Origin: an uncultured Chthonomonadaceae bacterium
GTDB lineage: Bacteria > Armatimonadota > Chthonomonadetes > Chthonomonadales > Chthonomonadaceae
NCBI GenBank assembly: GCA_963817895.1
Contig: CAWFQB010000002.1
Location: forward strand, 256,001 to 320,000
Direction of reading: 5' to 3'
Length of the DNA stretch: 64,000 nt
The notes below the pieces were generated by a model, which made no database searches, was not told where the DNA came from, and saw nothing but the letters and a program-made list of their open reading frames with translations. Within the stretch, counting starts at the first letter, position 1; every line of letters starts with the position of its first letter. Shown in pieces: positions 9,582 to 20,862 of this stretch. The position numbers and the translations under genes are program-made.

Positions 9582-10037
9582 ATGGCTGAAAAAGCGAATA
9601 CACAACAATCGTTTTTACCTATTCTGCCTGTACATACGTCAGGCGCTACATCAATTCTCGAATCGGCAGTGCAGGTTGGACCTAGGATTGACAGCGCAGT
9701 TTTGCCATTGCTGAATTGCCACAAAGCGCTTGTAGATCACCTGATAGATTTGCTCACACAGGAGCGGATACATTCCAACATCCCGCTGGAACAGCTTGAA
9801 ATCAAATCGTACATAGATGCGGAAACAGGACGGCAACTTATTCACATCCAGCAAACGGTGGCGACAGACGCGCAAACGGCTCTGGATTATTGGGATAGAC
9901 TCAGTGTTCCCGTTGAACAGTGGGTTGCAACTTTGCCACAACCGCTGGCAGATGCTGTACATGATGAGATATTTATGACTATTCATGGAAACCCGATGTT
10001 TCATGTCACTGATAGCATAGCGCCCAATTCTAATTGA
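9582..10037 (+). CDS. Hypothetical protein
   Basis: 151 aa ORF with an RBS; no recognised motif. Confidence 0.5.
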   Translation: MAEKANTQQSFLPILPVHTSGATSILESAVQVGPRIDSAVLPLLNCHKALVDHLIDLLTQERIHSNIPLEQLEIKSYIDAETGRQLIHIQQTVATDAQTALDYWDRLSVPVEQWVATLPQPLADAVHDEIFMTIHGNPMFHVTDSIAPNSN

Positions 10038-10064
10038 AGACATATAGCCACCGGAGTATAAGCC

Positions 10065-10913
10065 ATGCGCCTTAAACTGCTGACAAAAGAAGAACGCAAA
10101 GCGAATGAGCAGTTTAATAAGGTAGTTGCGCGGCTCAACAGCAAACAGGAAGCGGAACGTCTCGCGGCGGCAACAGAACTGCGCGAACAATGGCCGGACA
10201 GCATCCAACGCCTGCTCATAAGCTATCAGGCGATGACAAATCTCTGGAAAAAGCGATGGCGAGGAGTGGCGTACAGCCTTCTATGGCTAATCGCAGGTAA
10301 CATTATCGCAGGCTACTTTATTCTTCATGCGGGATACAAGACGATATTCCCTATTATACAGGTGTTTTGGTGGCCGCTTTTCCTGTCGGTATTCTTCACT
10401 CTCCATGGGCCAAAAATACGCGGTTTTTATGCGCGAAACTTGCTGATTTTTGATGATGTTAAGATTGTCGGGCCGCTGGTGGACGCGCTTGCTTTTGGGG
10501 ATGAAGTCACGCAACAGGATGCGCGAAAGGCGTTAGTCAGGCTGCTGCCGCGTTTGCAGGCGAGTGACGCGAATCTGCTTGACGGAAAACAGCGCGAACA
10601 ATTGCGGCAGATGTTGTTTACCGACTACACAGAATTGAATGTGTCCATATTGAAAGCGTATGAGCATGTCGGCGATGGTCCGGAACTGGAAGCCGTCGAG
10701 CGCCTGCTGCAAAACGCGATCTGGCATGTGGAGGCTCGGGACGCGGCGGAAGCGTGTTTGCCGTTCCTGCAATGGCGGGCGCGGCAGATGCAAAGCAGCC
10801 AGACCCTGTTACGCGCTTCCCAACATACGACAACGCCCGAAATTCTGCTGCGCCCGGCTGGCAACTCGCAAACTGAAGATGAAACACAGTTGTTGCGAAT
10901 GTCCGGCAAGTAA
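10065..10913 (+). CDS. Membrane protein with HEAT-like repeats
   Basis: Two hydrophobic segments, then VGPLVDAL..., ALVRLLPRL and a C-terminal LLRAS/LLRPA tail. Confidence 0.65.
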   Translation: MRLKLLTKEERKANEQFNKVVARLNSKQEAERLAAATELREQWPDSIQRLLISYQAMTNLWKKRWRGVAYSLLWLIAGNIIAGYFILHAGYKTIFPIIQVFWWPLFLSVFFTLHGPKIRGFYARNLLIFDDVKIVGPLVDALAFGDEVTQQDARKALVRLLPRLQASDANLLDGKQREQLRQMLFTDYTELNVSILKAYEHVGDGPELEAVERLLQNAIWHVEARDAAEACLPFLQWRARQMQSSQTLLRASQHTTTPEILLRPAGNSQTEDETQLLRMSGK

Positions 10914-10929
10914 GTTCGTAGAGTATGAC

Positions 10930-11892
10930 ATGACCACACAAAACAAGCCCATCGGCATCTATTACGAACACCCGGACTGGTTCCGCCCGCTGTTTACCGA
11001 ACTCGACCGGCGCGGCATCTGCCCTACGCAAAACTTGACGCCCGCCGCCACTGGTATGATCCGGCTTCACGGGATGAGGCGCAGACATATTCGCTTGTGT
11101 TCAACCGCATGAGTCCCTCCGCGTACCTGCGCGACGGCGGCAACAGCCTGTTTTACACGCTCGGCTGGCTGGCGCATCTGGAACGGCAGGGGATTCGGGT
11201 TATCAATGGCGTTCAGGCGTTTACTTATGAAACCAGCAAGGCGCTGCAACTGCAACTGCTGGACTCGCTCGGATTGGCCTATCCCGCCGCGCATGTTATC
11301 AATCACGGCAGCCTCGCGCCCCTTGCCGCAGAGGGTTTGCGCTTTCCCGTCGTGGTCAAAGCCAATATCGGCGGCAGCGGCGCGGGCATCGTCCGCTACG
11401 ACAGCATGGAACAATTGAAACACGCGGCGGCAAACAACGAAATTGATTTGGGCATAGACTCGACCGCGCTGGTGCAGGAGTACATTCCAGCGCGAGGCGG
11501 GCATATCACGCGGCTGGAAACACTGGGCGGCAAATTTCTGTATGCCATCAACGTGTACACGTCCGGCGACAGTTTCAATCTATGCCCCGCCGACATTTGC
11601 CAGACGCAGTCCGGCGTCGCGCTCGACCCGCATGGCCTGCCCCGCCGACGCGCCCAAAACCGGCCTGACCGTAGAAGCCGCCAACCCGGACCCTGCAACC
11701 ATTGCGGCGGTAGAGCAGATCATGCAGGCCGCGAAAATAGACGTAGGCGGCATCGAAGTAATGGTAGATGACCGCGACGGGCGACTGGTCTACTACGACA
11801 TCAACGCCCTGTCCAACTTCGTCGCCGACGCCCGCCGCGTCATCGGCTTCGACCCGCACGAGCGGCTGGTAGATTTTTTAGAAGGAAGGTAG
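10930..11892 (+). CDS. ATP-grasp (RimK/glutathione-synthetase-like) ligase (frameshifted)
   Basis: Motifs FNRMSPSAY, FPVVVKANIGGSGAG, LVQEYIP and YYDINALSNF. Confidence 0.8.
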
Positions 11893-12000
11893 ATAGGTAG
11901 AATACATCGTCATGCGAGCATGCTTGCTAATTCGCCGATAAAGAGCACGTATTGCCTACCTATCTACTCATCTACTCATCTACTTCCGAAGGGATTTTCA

Positions 12001-13106
12001 ATGCGTTACGGATACTGGCTGCCCATATTCGGCGGCTGGCTGCGCAATGTGGAACAGGAAAACATGGCGGCGACATGGGAGTATGCGTCCCGCGTCGCCA
12101 TTCGCGCCGAAGAGATCGGCTTTGACCTGACCCTCGTAGCCGAACTGAATTTGAACGACATCAAGGGCGCGAACGCGCCCTCGCTGGATGCGTGGTCAAC
12201 GGCTGCGGCGCTGGCGGCAGTCACCAAAACGCAGGAGATCATGGTTGCCGTCCGGCCCACGTTCCACTCGCCCGCCCTGCTCGCCAAGCAAGCCGCCAAC
12301 ATTGACCATATCAGCAATGGTCGGCTGTCGCTCAACGTCGTCAGTTCGTGGTGGGCGGATGAAGCCAAAAAGTACGGCGTCCACTTCGAGCAGCACGACG
12401 ACCGCTACGCCCGCACCGAAGAATGGCTCACCGTCCTCAATGGCGTTTGGCAGCAGGACCACTTCTCCCACGAAGGCCGCTATTACCGCGTGGAGGATAA
12501 TATTTTGCAGCCGAAACCGGTAGGAAGAAAAGGAGAAGAGGAGAAAAGGAGAAAAGGAGAAGAGGAGAGAGAAGCAACGGCTTCATCCTTCATCCTTCAT
12601 CCTTCATCCTTTTCCCGTCCTCTCCTCTACGCCGGTGGCGAGTCGGAGGCGGCGAAGAATCTGATTGCGCGGACGTGTGACGGGTATGTGATGCACGGCG
12701 ACCCACCCGAAAAAATCGGGGAACGCATACGGGATATGAACGCGCGGCGGGAACGAGTTTGGATTGGAACCGATGCTGTACGGCGTGGCGGGGTACAGCA
12801 TTGTGCGCGACACGGAAGCGGAAGCGCAGGCGGAAAAAGCGCGGATAACCGATGTAAACAGTTCGGCGGCGGGTTACGCCAACTATCAGCAATGGCTGGC
12901 AGGCACGAAGTTGGAACAGCAGGTTTCGCTGGAGGATTATTCGGTCAGCAATCGCGGGCTGCGTTCCGGGTTGGTGGGAACGCCCAGCGCAGGTGAAGGC
13001 GCAAATCGCCGCCTTTGAAGCGCAGGGCGTGGATTTCCTGCTCCTGCAATGCAGCCCGCAGTTGGAGGAAATGGAACGTTTCGCCGCGTCTATCATTCAG
13101 GCGTAA
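12001..13106 (+). CDS. LLM-class flavin-dependent monooxygenase (SsuD-like; frameshifted; carries a repeat insertion)
   Basis: Motifs GYWLPIFGGW, LDAWSTAAALAA, IDHISNGRLSLNVV, YAGGES and GLVGTP. Confidence 0.88.
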
Positions 13107-13109
13107 TTA

Positions 13110-13214
13110 TTCACCACCAAGACGCCAAGAACACCAAGAAGAACGAGAAGAACGACGTTGTGCCTCTTGGAATTGTTTTTTATCTCTTGGTGTTCTTGGC
13201 GTCTTGGTGGTGAA
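13110..13214. repeat. 30-bp perfect inverted repeat built from ~9-mer units, between convergent genes
   Basis: TTCACCACCAAGACGCCAAGAACACCAAGA at 13110-13139 and its reverse complement at 13185-13214. Confidence 0.85.
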
Positions 13215-13218
13215 AGAT

Positions 13219-14259
13219 TTATTCTACCCGCAGCGTGATGTTCCCGCCGACCTGATCGAAATAGGGGTTTATGCCGTCTTCCGCAAGTAGCAGATGCGAG
13301 TCTAAATCGAGATAGTCAAACGCGCCTGTGCCACAGGCGACCGCAAGCGAAATGGCGATACTACGTCGGGTTTCCAACATGCAGCCGAGCATCAGTTTTT
13401 TGCCTGCCGCTTTGCCGATAGCGATAATGTCTAAAACCTCGCCGATGCCGCTTTTGTTGATCTTCAAGTTGTAGCCCTGTATGGGAGTTTGCGCCATGCG
13501 CAGGGCGTCGGCAGTGGTTCGGCAACTTTCGTCCGCGAAAACCGGAACTGGACTGCGCTGCGCCACATAAATCATGCCATCAATGTCCTCTTTGGCGACC
13601 GGCTGTTCCAGCAGTTCCACGTTCGCGCCTTCCGAAACCACGCGCTCAATAAATGCAACCGCCTGTTCCGGCGTAAAGGCTTGATTGGCGTCAATGCGCA
13701 AACGCGCTTCGGGCGCGGCCTGCCGCACCGCCTGAACGCGGGCATGGTCTTCCTCCACGTCCTTTGCGCCCACCTTGATTTTGAACACGTTGATGCCCAA
13801 TCCCCACGCAATTTCGGTCAATTCCTGCGCGTTGGGCAGAATGGGAATGGTCACGTCCGACTCAACGCTTTCTGTCGCGCCGCCAAGCAGTTTCCATAAA
13901 TGGCTGCCCGTTGCCTGTTCCCACGCCACGAAAACCGCCATTTCCAGCCCGCACCGCGCGCTCGGCGCGTCGGGAGCCTGTTCCGCAATCAGGGTTAATG
14001 CCTGCCGCCACCGCGTCACATCCACGCCCACCAATGCCGCGCCTGCCCTTTGTATGGTTTCCATTACCATTTCGCACGTTTCGCCCGTTACGTATTTGAC
14101 AGGAACCAATTCGCCCCTTGCTGTCCGTCCGTCTTCCAGTGTCAACAGCGCGGCCACGCCCAACGCTTCGTTTGCCACGCCCTGCGACGTGACAAACGGG
14201 TTGTGAAGCTGCGTGTGAAACAGTTCGGCGGTTACAGAAGCAATTCGTGGTATGGTCAT
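13219..14259 (-). CDS. Dipeptide (L-Ala-D/L-Glu) epimerase, enolase superfamily
   Basis: Motifs FKIKVG, RIDANQ, EQP, ADES, KINKSG, MLGCMLE and DLD. Confidence 0.88.
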   Translation of the reverse strand: MTIPRIASVTAELFHTQLHNPFVTSQGVANEALGVAALLTLEDGRTARGELVPVKYVTGETCEMVMETIQRAGAALVGVDVTRWRQALTLIAEQAPDAPSARCGLEMAVFVAWEQATGSHLWKLLGGATESVESDVTIPILPNAQELTEIAWGLGINVFKIKVGAKDVEEDHARVQAVRQAAPEARLRIDANQAFTPEQAVAFIERVVSEGANVELLEQPVAKEDIDGMIYVAQRSPVPVFADESCRTTADALRMAQTPIQGYNLKINKSGIGEVLDIIAIGKAAGKKLMLGCMLETRRSIAISLAVACGTGAFDYLDLDSHLLLAEDGINPYFDQVGGNITLRVE

Positions 14260-14312
14260 AGAAGTCTCTAAAAACATTTACTTATCATGTATGCGCCGTG
14301 AGTTGAAACTCG

Positions 14313-14409
14313 CGGCTGTGGTAACGAAGTCCGCCTGCGCGGACTCAATGCGGTACAACTCGCCGTCTTACGGTGTAGTCCGCGCAGGCGGACTTCGTTA
14401 CCACAGCCG
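14313..14409. repeat. REPIN-like family B: 33-bp perfect inverted repeat with 31-bp spacer
   Basis: CGGCTGTGGTAACGAAGTCCGCCTGCGCGGACT at 14313-14345 and its complement at 14377-14409. Confidence 0.9.
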
Positions 14410-14457
14410 AGGAATTTGTTCCCCGGACATCGGTTTCGGTCACCACGCCGCTTTTCT

Positions 14458-16988
14458 TCATTCCTCAGTAGCAGCAACAACAGCCACTTTTTTACGGGTG
14501 ACAGCCGCCGCTTTCACAGGCGTCTTCGTTGCGGTCGTCTTTGCGGCAGTTGCCTTTGCGGTAGTGGTTTTCAACGCCGTAGTTTTGGCAGCCGTCGTCT
14601 TTGTCGCTGTAGTTTTCGCCGCTGCTGTCTTCGTTGCCGTTGACTTTACGGCAGATGTTTTGGTTGTGGCGCGTTTCGGTTTAGCGCTGTCGTCTGCCGC
14701 GCCGTTCGCCGCTGTTTTTGTTGCGCGGACGGTTTTGGCAGTGGCTTTCGTGGCGGTTTTCTTCGCGCCCTTTTTACCCGCGTTCTCGTCGTAGGTGCAG
14801 TTGAATTGCTGATTGTCCTGTAAACTGCCGTCGGGCTTCACTTTCAGCATCGTGCGGCACTTTGGGTAGGAACTGCACCCTAGAAATGTTCCGAAACGCC
14901 CCTGCCGCGAAAGCATCACGCCCAGATGCTGCGGGCAGACATGCTCGGTCGCGTTGGGCAGGGTGGCCGGGTCTACCGCCGTCTTTTCCCCGCCGCTGAC
15001 CAGCCCGCAAAGGAAGTTCGCGCCCTCTGCCGGTTTGCCCTCCGCGTCCAGTTTCAGAATTTTCTTACACTCCGGGTAGCCGCTGCACCCCATGAACTCG
15101 CCGAAGCGCCCCATGCGCAGCAGCATCACTTTACCCGTGTCCGGGCAGTGGTACTCGGTTTCAACCGGCTGCGGCTTGAGGTTTTCCATCTCCTCTTTGG
15201 CTGCTTCAACCGTGAGGGCGAACGGATCGTAGAAGTTGCGCAGCAGGCTGACCCAATTCACGCTGCCCTCTTCCACCTCATCCAGCTTGGTTTCCATATC
15301 CGCCGTGAACGCCACATCCATAATCGTCGGGAAATGCTTGACCAATTGATCGGTCACTTTGAAGCCCAATTCCGTCGGATAAAACCGCTTATCGGTCAGT
15401 TCCACGTACTTGCGATCCCGAATTACGGAAATGATGCTGGCATACGTGCTGGGCCGTCCGATGCCGCGCTCTTCCAGCCCCTTGACAATGGTGGCTTCCG
15501 TGTAGCGGGGCGGCGGTTCGGTAAAGTGCTGGCGCGGGTCCAGGCGGTTCAGATCGAGCGACTGCCCCGTAGACAGCGGCGGCAGGGGCGGCTGCTCCTC
15601 ATCCCCGGTCTCTTCCGTATCCTTGCCTTCGGTATACACCCGCATAAACCCGTCGAACTTGACGACTGTTCCCGTCGCCCGGAAGACGTAGGGCTGAGTG
15701 GATGCGGAACTGTCTTCACCCTTCCGTGACGCGTTGATATCCGCCGTGGTTACGTCCATGATAGCGGGGTTCATCTGGCTGGCGACGAAACGTTGCCAGA
15801 TGAGGCGATACAGGCGCAGTTGTTCACTGGACAGGGAGTTGGCGATGGCTTCCGGCTCGAATTCTACATGCGTGGGGCGAATGGCTTCGTGGGCGTCCTG
15901 CGCGGCGTTCTTGGATTTGAACTGCTTGCCGGCTGCGGGAACATAGGCGGGGCCGTACTTTTCTAAAATAAACTGGCGGGCGGCGGCCTGCGCTTCGCCC
16001 GGCCACGCGCACGGAGTCGGTACGCATGTAGGTAATCAGGCCCACGCTGCCCTGTCCCGCGATTTCGATGCCCTCGTACAACTGCTGCGCGACGGACATG
16101 GTGCGCTTGTTGCCGAACCCAGTTTGCGCGAAGCCTCTTGTTGTAGCGTACTGGTAATAAACGGCGCGGCGGCGTTGCGCTTCTGCTCCCGCCGTTTCAC
16201 GTCGCCAACCGTGAAGTTGGGGCGTTGCGCCGGGGGAACTTCCGCCTGAAACGTGTCGCCTTCGCCCTCTTTCACGTCCGGCAAACCGAGTTCGCGCAAT
16301 ACGGCGTTGATCTCATCCTGCGTTTTGGGTTCGACGCGCTGCCCGCCCCGGCTGTGCAGTTTCGCCGGAAACAGAAATTTCTTTTCGGGGAGTTGTGGCG
16401 ATCAGAATGGCCGTTAACGACCAGTATTCTTCGGGTTTGAACGCCTGTATTTCGCGTTCCCGGTCACAGATCAGCCGCACGGCAACCGACTGCACACGCC
16501 CCGCCGACAATCCTTTTTGAATCTTTTTGGACAGCACGGGCGAAAGTTTGTACCCGATAAGCCGATCCAACACGCGCCGCGCCTGCTGCGCATTAACCCG
16601 ATCCATATTGACGGTACGCGGATTTGCAAGCGCCTGCTGTACCGCAGTTTTCGTGATCTCGTTGAACTGAATACGACGGGCGTCCTTGAGCTTCAGGGCT
16701 TCGGCCAGATGCCACGCAATCGCTTCGCCTTCGCGGTCAGGGTCAGAAGCGAGATACACGATTTTCACGCGCTTCGCGGCATTGGCAAGCCGTTCCAGCA
16801 CGTCGCCCCGGTCGGGAAGGGGCTGATAGGTGGGCGCGAAATCTTTGTTGACATCCACGCCGAGCCGCGACGCGGGCAGGTCGCGCACATGTCCCATGCT
16901 GGCTTCCACCAGATAGTCGTCGCCCAAGAAAGTTTTTCAGCGTTTTGGTTTTCGCGGGAGATTCAACAATGATTAGCGCTTTCGCCAT
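14458..16988 (-). CDS. topA: DNA topoisomerase I with Zn-ribbons and a Lys/Ala/Thr-rich tail (frameshifted)
   Basis: Motifs [38 protein letters not shown] and GIGRPSTY, plus GCSxYPxC repeats. Confidence 0.95.
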
Positions 16989-17142
16989 GCGGGTAGTACC
17001 TTTAGGAAGGGAAGAGGGAAGAGGGAAAAGGGAAAAGAGAACTCATGTATTGTGTGATTATCCAGTTTAAAGCAAGCAATTATCAAGAAGCGCATTACTT
17101 TTCCCTTTTCCCTTTTCCCTCTTCCCTGTATTTTCTTGTATG

Positions 17143-17619
17143 TTACCTATGTCCCGGCCCTTTGTCAAGGCGCAGGGCGTGGGATTGTACGGCGACGAAA
17201 TCGGCGGGCGGGGCGTAGCCGGGCCGTTTGCCCAACACACGCCCGTCCTCGTCGGCAAAAACCATTGTGGGGTATTCGTGAACGCCGTACTGCCGCGCCA
17301 GAGTGGGTTCCAACTCGCCATCCAATCGGATACATACAAATCGGCGAGATAATTCCACAACGCGGGGATCGGAAAACGTTTCCGCCTCCATTTTGGCGCA
17401 CCATTCACAGCCCTGAGTGTGAAACTCCAGCATCAGAGGACGGTGGACGGAGCGCGCGAAAGTCTGCGCCTGCGCCATGTCGGTATTCCAGGCGATGTCG
17501 CTGCCCGTCTGTCCGCCGCGCACCGCGCCCAGGATGCCGAAGGTGACAAGCAGCAGGAGGGGAAATCCCCATCCCAGAACGCGCGCTTTATTCGGTTTAC
17601 GCAGGTGTTTGAACCGCAT
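17143..17619 (-). CDS. Thioredoxin-family protein
   Basis: CEWC motif, YGVHEYPT and an N-terminal membrane anchor. Confidence 0.85.
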   Translation of the reverse strand: MRFKHLRKPNKARVLGWGFPLLLLVTFGILGAVRGGQTGSDIAWNTDMAQAQTFARSVHRPLMLEFHTQGCEWCAKMEAETFSDPRVVELSRRFVCIRLDGELEPTLARQYGVHEYPTMVFADEDGRVLGKRPGYAPPADFVAVQSHALRLDKGPGHR

Positions 17620-17704
17620 GGCAGTGTCAGGAAAAAGGAGAAAGGAAAAAGGAAAAAGCCTGTGATTTTGGCTTGCCCTACTCCCTCAATGGCATACATG
17701 CTTT

Positions 17705-19847
17705 TCAAGCAGCAAGCGCGTCCTCTTTTTCCTTTCTCCTTTCTCCTTTTTCCTGACCAAAGCAACTCAACAGCGCGGCGAGTAAAAGTGTGGGCGCGAC
17801 GTGCAGCGTCAGCCTGTCCACGCTGCTGATGATATGGGCGGGAAGCGCGGACGGCGTAATCATATAAATGCCAATGTAGCCGCAAATCTGTATTCCGGCC
17901 AGCAGCCACAGGGGACGCGCAAGGCGGATGCGGCGTTGATACGCGGCTGCAATTCCTGCCAGTAAAACTGCGCCGAACAATCCCCACGCGGGAAACCAGG
18001 GGCCGAGCCACAGCATCTGCCTGCCGAATCCATGTAGTATAGCGTACCACATTCGCCACCACAGCAGGCGAATCGTGAAATGCGGCGGATGCGCGGGCTG
18101 CATCACGTCGTTGGAAAGCGCCCATTGGTGTTTGAGCAACCACCAGGGGAGATATGCCAGGCCGGGAAGAAGCAGCCACACGAACGACGCGCGTTTGGCT
18201 TGCAAGTTATCGTGGGCGGATGACAGCGCGGGTTCTGTTGGCTCACCGGTTTCTGCCGCTAATTTGGCTGCGTTGGCTTCGGCGCTATCTACACGACTCG
18301 CCTCTTTGTTTATATTGTCGGCAGAAACCAGAGGGAAAACGCGGCGGGCATGACAAAAATGTAAGCCGATGACGCCAAAGGCGGACACGCAGGCAAGCAG
18401 ACCCTCGTTTTTCACCAGTATCACGCCTGCCAGCATCCAGCCGACAAGCCGCCACGCGCCCGTTTCCCGTTCGTTCAAAGCGCGTATCAGAAACACGCCC
18501 GCGCCGAGAAAGTACGCGGCAAGGGGAAGGTCGGCGTACCCGGAAACCGCATGAAGCGTCACTTCGGGTAGTCCACTCAACAGCGCGGTTGCCAGCAGAG
18601 CCGCCCATGCCGGAACATAGCGGATTGCGGACCCGGCGAAAATAATCAGCAGGTCGGCGTAAAACAGCAGTCCGTTCGCCTGCGCCCAATGCAGGTCAAT
18701 CCCGTCGAAGTGCCGATACGTCCACCACGACAGCAGGGGCGTCAGCAGGGGATAATCAAAATGGGCGTAGGGAAACGGCGCGGTGTTCTGCCATGCGGCC
18801 AAATTGCCGTCCACAAACAGCATTTTGGCTTTCAATTGCCAGATGGCAAGCGCGTCCCAATCCAGCCCGATCAGCCACAACCGTTCCAAAACTGTGAGTA
18901 TGCCGAGCAAAAGGGCGGCACAGTAATAGCCCTCACCCCCAACCCCTCTCCCAAAAAAGCCTGGGAGAGGGGAGTTACTTATACTTACATTTCCCACCCC
19001 TGACGGTTGAACATTGGATTGTATTATAGAGAGCGTTGGCTGTCTGCTTGCCGAGCTGGCAATTTAATTGTTCAGGCTCATCTCCCAATAAACCAGTCTC
19101 CCCTCTCCCAGGCTTTTTTGGGAGAGGGGCGGGGGTGAGGGCCACTAAACACAAAGCGCCCACAAGTACATAAACAGGCCATACCAGCGGCTTGCCGACC
19201 AACAAAACGCACACCTGCTGCGCGACGGCAAAGGCGGTCGCGCCGACAAGATGCGCGACGGCAACGTTCGCCCACCATGCCCCGAACGGGGGAGCGCGGA
19301 GCGTTAATTGCAGCAGCAACGCGCCCAAAACAACCACGACGATTATGCTGAACAGGCCGGAAAGCAGGCGTACAACGAATGGAAGGCGGGGATCAGGCGA
19401 ATTTAACGGAACTGTATTGGCGAAACGGGTGGCGAGGAATAACGACGCGCCTGTATCCCGTCCTGCCAACCGCCAGACGTTTGAACCGCTTTTTCGCTGC
19501 GCTTCCAGTACCGGGGCCATGCGCCCGAACGCCAAAATGCCGTCATAATGTGAAGCCGCGTCGGGAGGCAGATGGTTTAGAACAAGGTCAATGCGGTGTG
19601 GGTACAGGAAATAAATCAGGCGGGTATGGAAATGAAAATAGGTCGGGTCCTGATCGGACGCAAGCAGAAGCAGGCGCGTATGCGTGGGAAGCGGCGCAAT
19701 CCAATGCGCCGCTTCCTGTACGGCCTGCTCATCCGTGTCATTCGCCAGACGATTTTGAACAGGCAAACGCCACACGACAACCAGCGCGTTTGCCACTCCT
19801 ACCAACAGGGCCAGCGTCCATAGCCATTTCCAGCGTTGTTGATTCAT
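17705..19847 (-). CDS. Large integral membrane protein (GT-C/PMT-like); ORFs 18975-19847 and 17705-18997 probably one gene with a REP-pair insertion
   Basis: Motifs WDALAIWQLKAK, DYPLL, YADLPLA and KNEG, with many TM segments. The junction coincides with the inverted REP arms. Confidence 0.6.
18930..19142. repeat. Inverted pair of family C REP elements (CCCTCACCCC..CCCCTCTCCC..GGGAGAGGGG)
   Basis: Arms at 18930-18974 and 19098-19142. Single arms also occur at ~5240, 36978, 41649 and 48676. Confidence 0.85.
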
Positions 19848-20704
19848 GCGGCGGCGGCAAAGATGGGCTGCAATCCCCGCCCATACGCGCGCAGTTCCGC
19901 CAGTTCTTCCGCTTCGAGAGGGCGGAAATCCTGCGCCAGATCGAGCGCGAGCCGGAACAGGCGCGGGTCGCCGGGGGGAACGGCAGCGGTGACAGGCTGC
20001 GAAAGGGTGAAGCGCAGGGCAAGGCTTGCGTGATGCGGGTCAGTCAGCGGCTCGTACCAGCAGTGCGGGAACGGGCGTTCCGCGTCCTGTTTCCAGCTTG
20101 TGCGCGCCATTGCTTTCAAGGCCAGCCGCGCGACTCCCTTTTCCTGCGCGCGGGCGATAATCTGCGGGCCGAAATTGCCCTCATAATAGGTGACGAAGTT
20201 GATGGGGAACAGGGCGGACGCGAAATCGAACCTGTCCATCGCCAGCAGCGCGGCCTCGACGGAGTGCGCGCTGAAGCCCAGATGCCGTACCAGTCCGGCC
20301 TGCTGCGCTTCCACAAACGCTTCCATCGCGCCGCCGGGTCCGAAGCAGGTTTCCACTTCTTCAACCGTCGTGATGTGGTGCAGTTGATACAGATCGAAAT
20401 GATCCGTTTGCAGATACTTTAAGGAACGGTGCAGTTCCGCAACCGCGCCCGCCTTGTCCCGCGCCTCGGTTTTGCAGGCCAGAAATACATTATCGCGGTA
20501 CGGTTTCAATGCGGGGCCAAGCCGCTTTTCCGTCTCCTGCTCCCTGCCGTAACTGGGCGCGACATCGAAATACGTGACGCCCCGCTCAATCGCTTCTCCC
20601 ACAATCCGGTCAGCCTCGCCCTGTTCCATGTCCACCAGAACCACGCCGCCCAATCCGATAATCGAGAGTTTGTCCCCCGTCCGCCCCAATACCCGTTGTT
20701 CCAT
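19844..20704 (-). CDS. Aldo/keto reductase
   Basis: Motifs LGRTG, YFDVAPSYG, DLYQLH and GFSAH. Confidence 0.88.
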   Translation of the reverse strand: MEQRVLGRTGDKLSIIGLGGVVLVDMEQGEADRIVGEAIERGVTYFDVAPSYGREQETEKRLGPALKPYRDNVFLACKTEARDKAGAVAELHRSLKYLQTDHFDLYQLHHITTVEEVETCFGPGGAMEAFVEAQQAGLVRHLGFSAHSVEAALLAMDRFDFASALFPINFVTYYEGNFGPQIIARAQEKGVARLALKAMARTSWKQDAERPFPHCWYEPLTDPHHASLALRFTLSQPVTAAVPPGDPRLFRLALDLAQDFRPLEAEELAELRAYGRGLQPIFAAAA

Positions 20705-20862
20705 GCTGTTGTTGCCCCCGAAATGAAAATTTAGCCGCGAATGAACGCGAATAAACGCGAATGTCAATGAGATACTGTATCATACCTGAAAGAAGAAACA
20801 AGAAACGAGATACAAGATACAAGATACGAGCCGAACACCTAACAACCTGACAACCTGACAAC

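Noticed and set aside
14458..14770. Lys/Ala/Thr repeats as a separate histone-like gene
   Set aside because: They are in frame with topA and form a known type of basic C-terminal tail.
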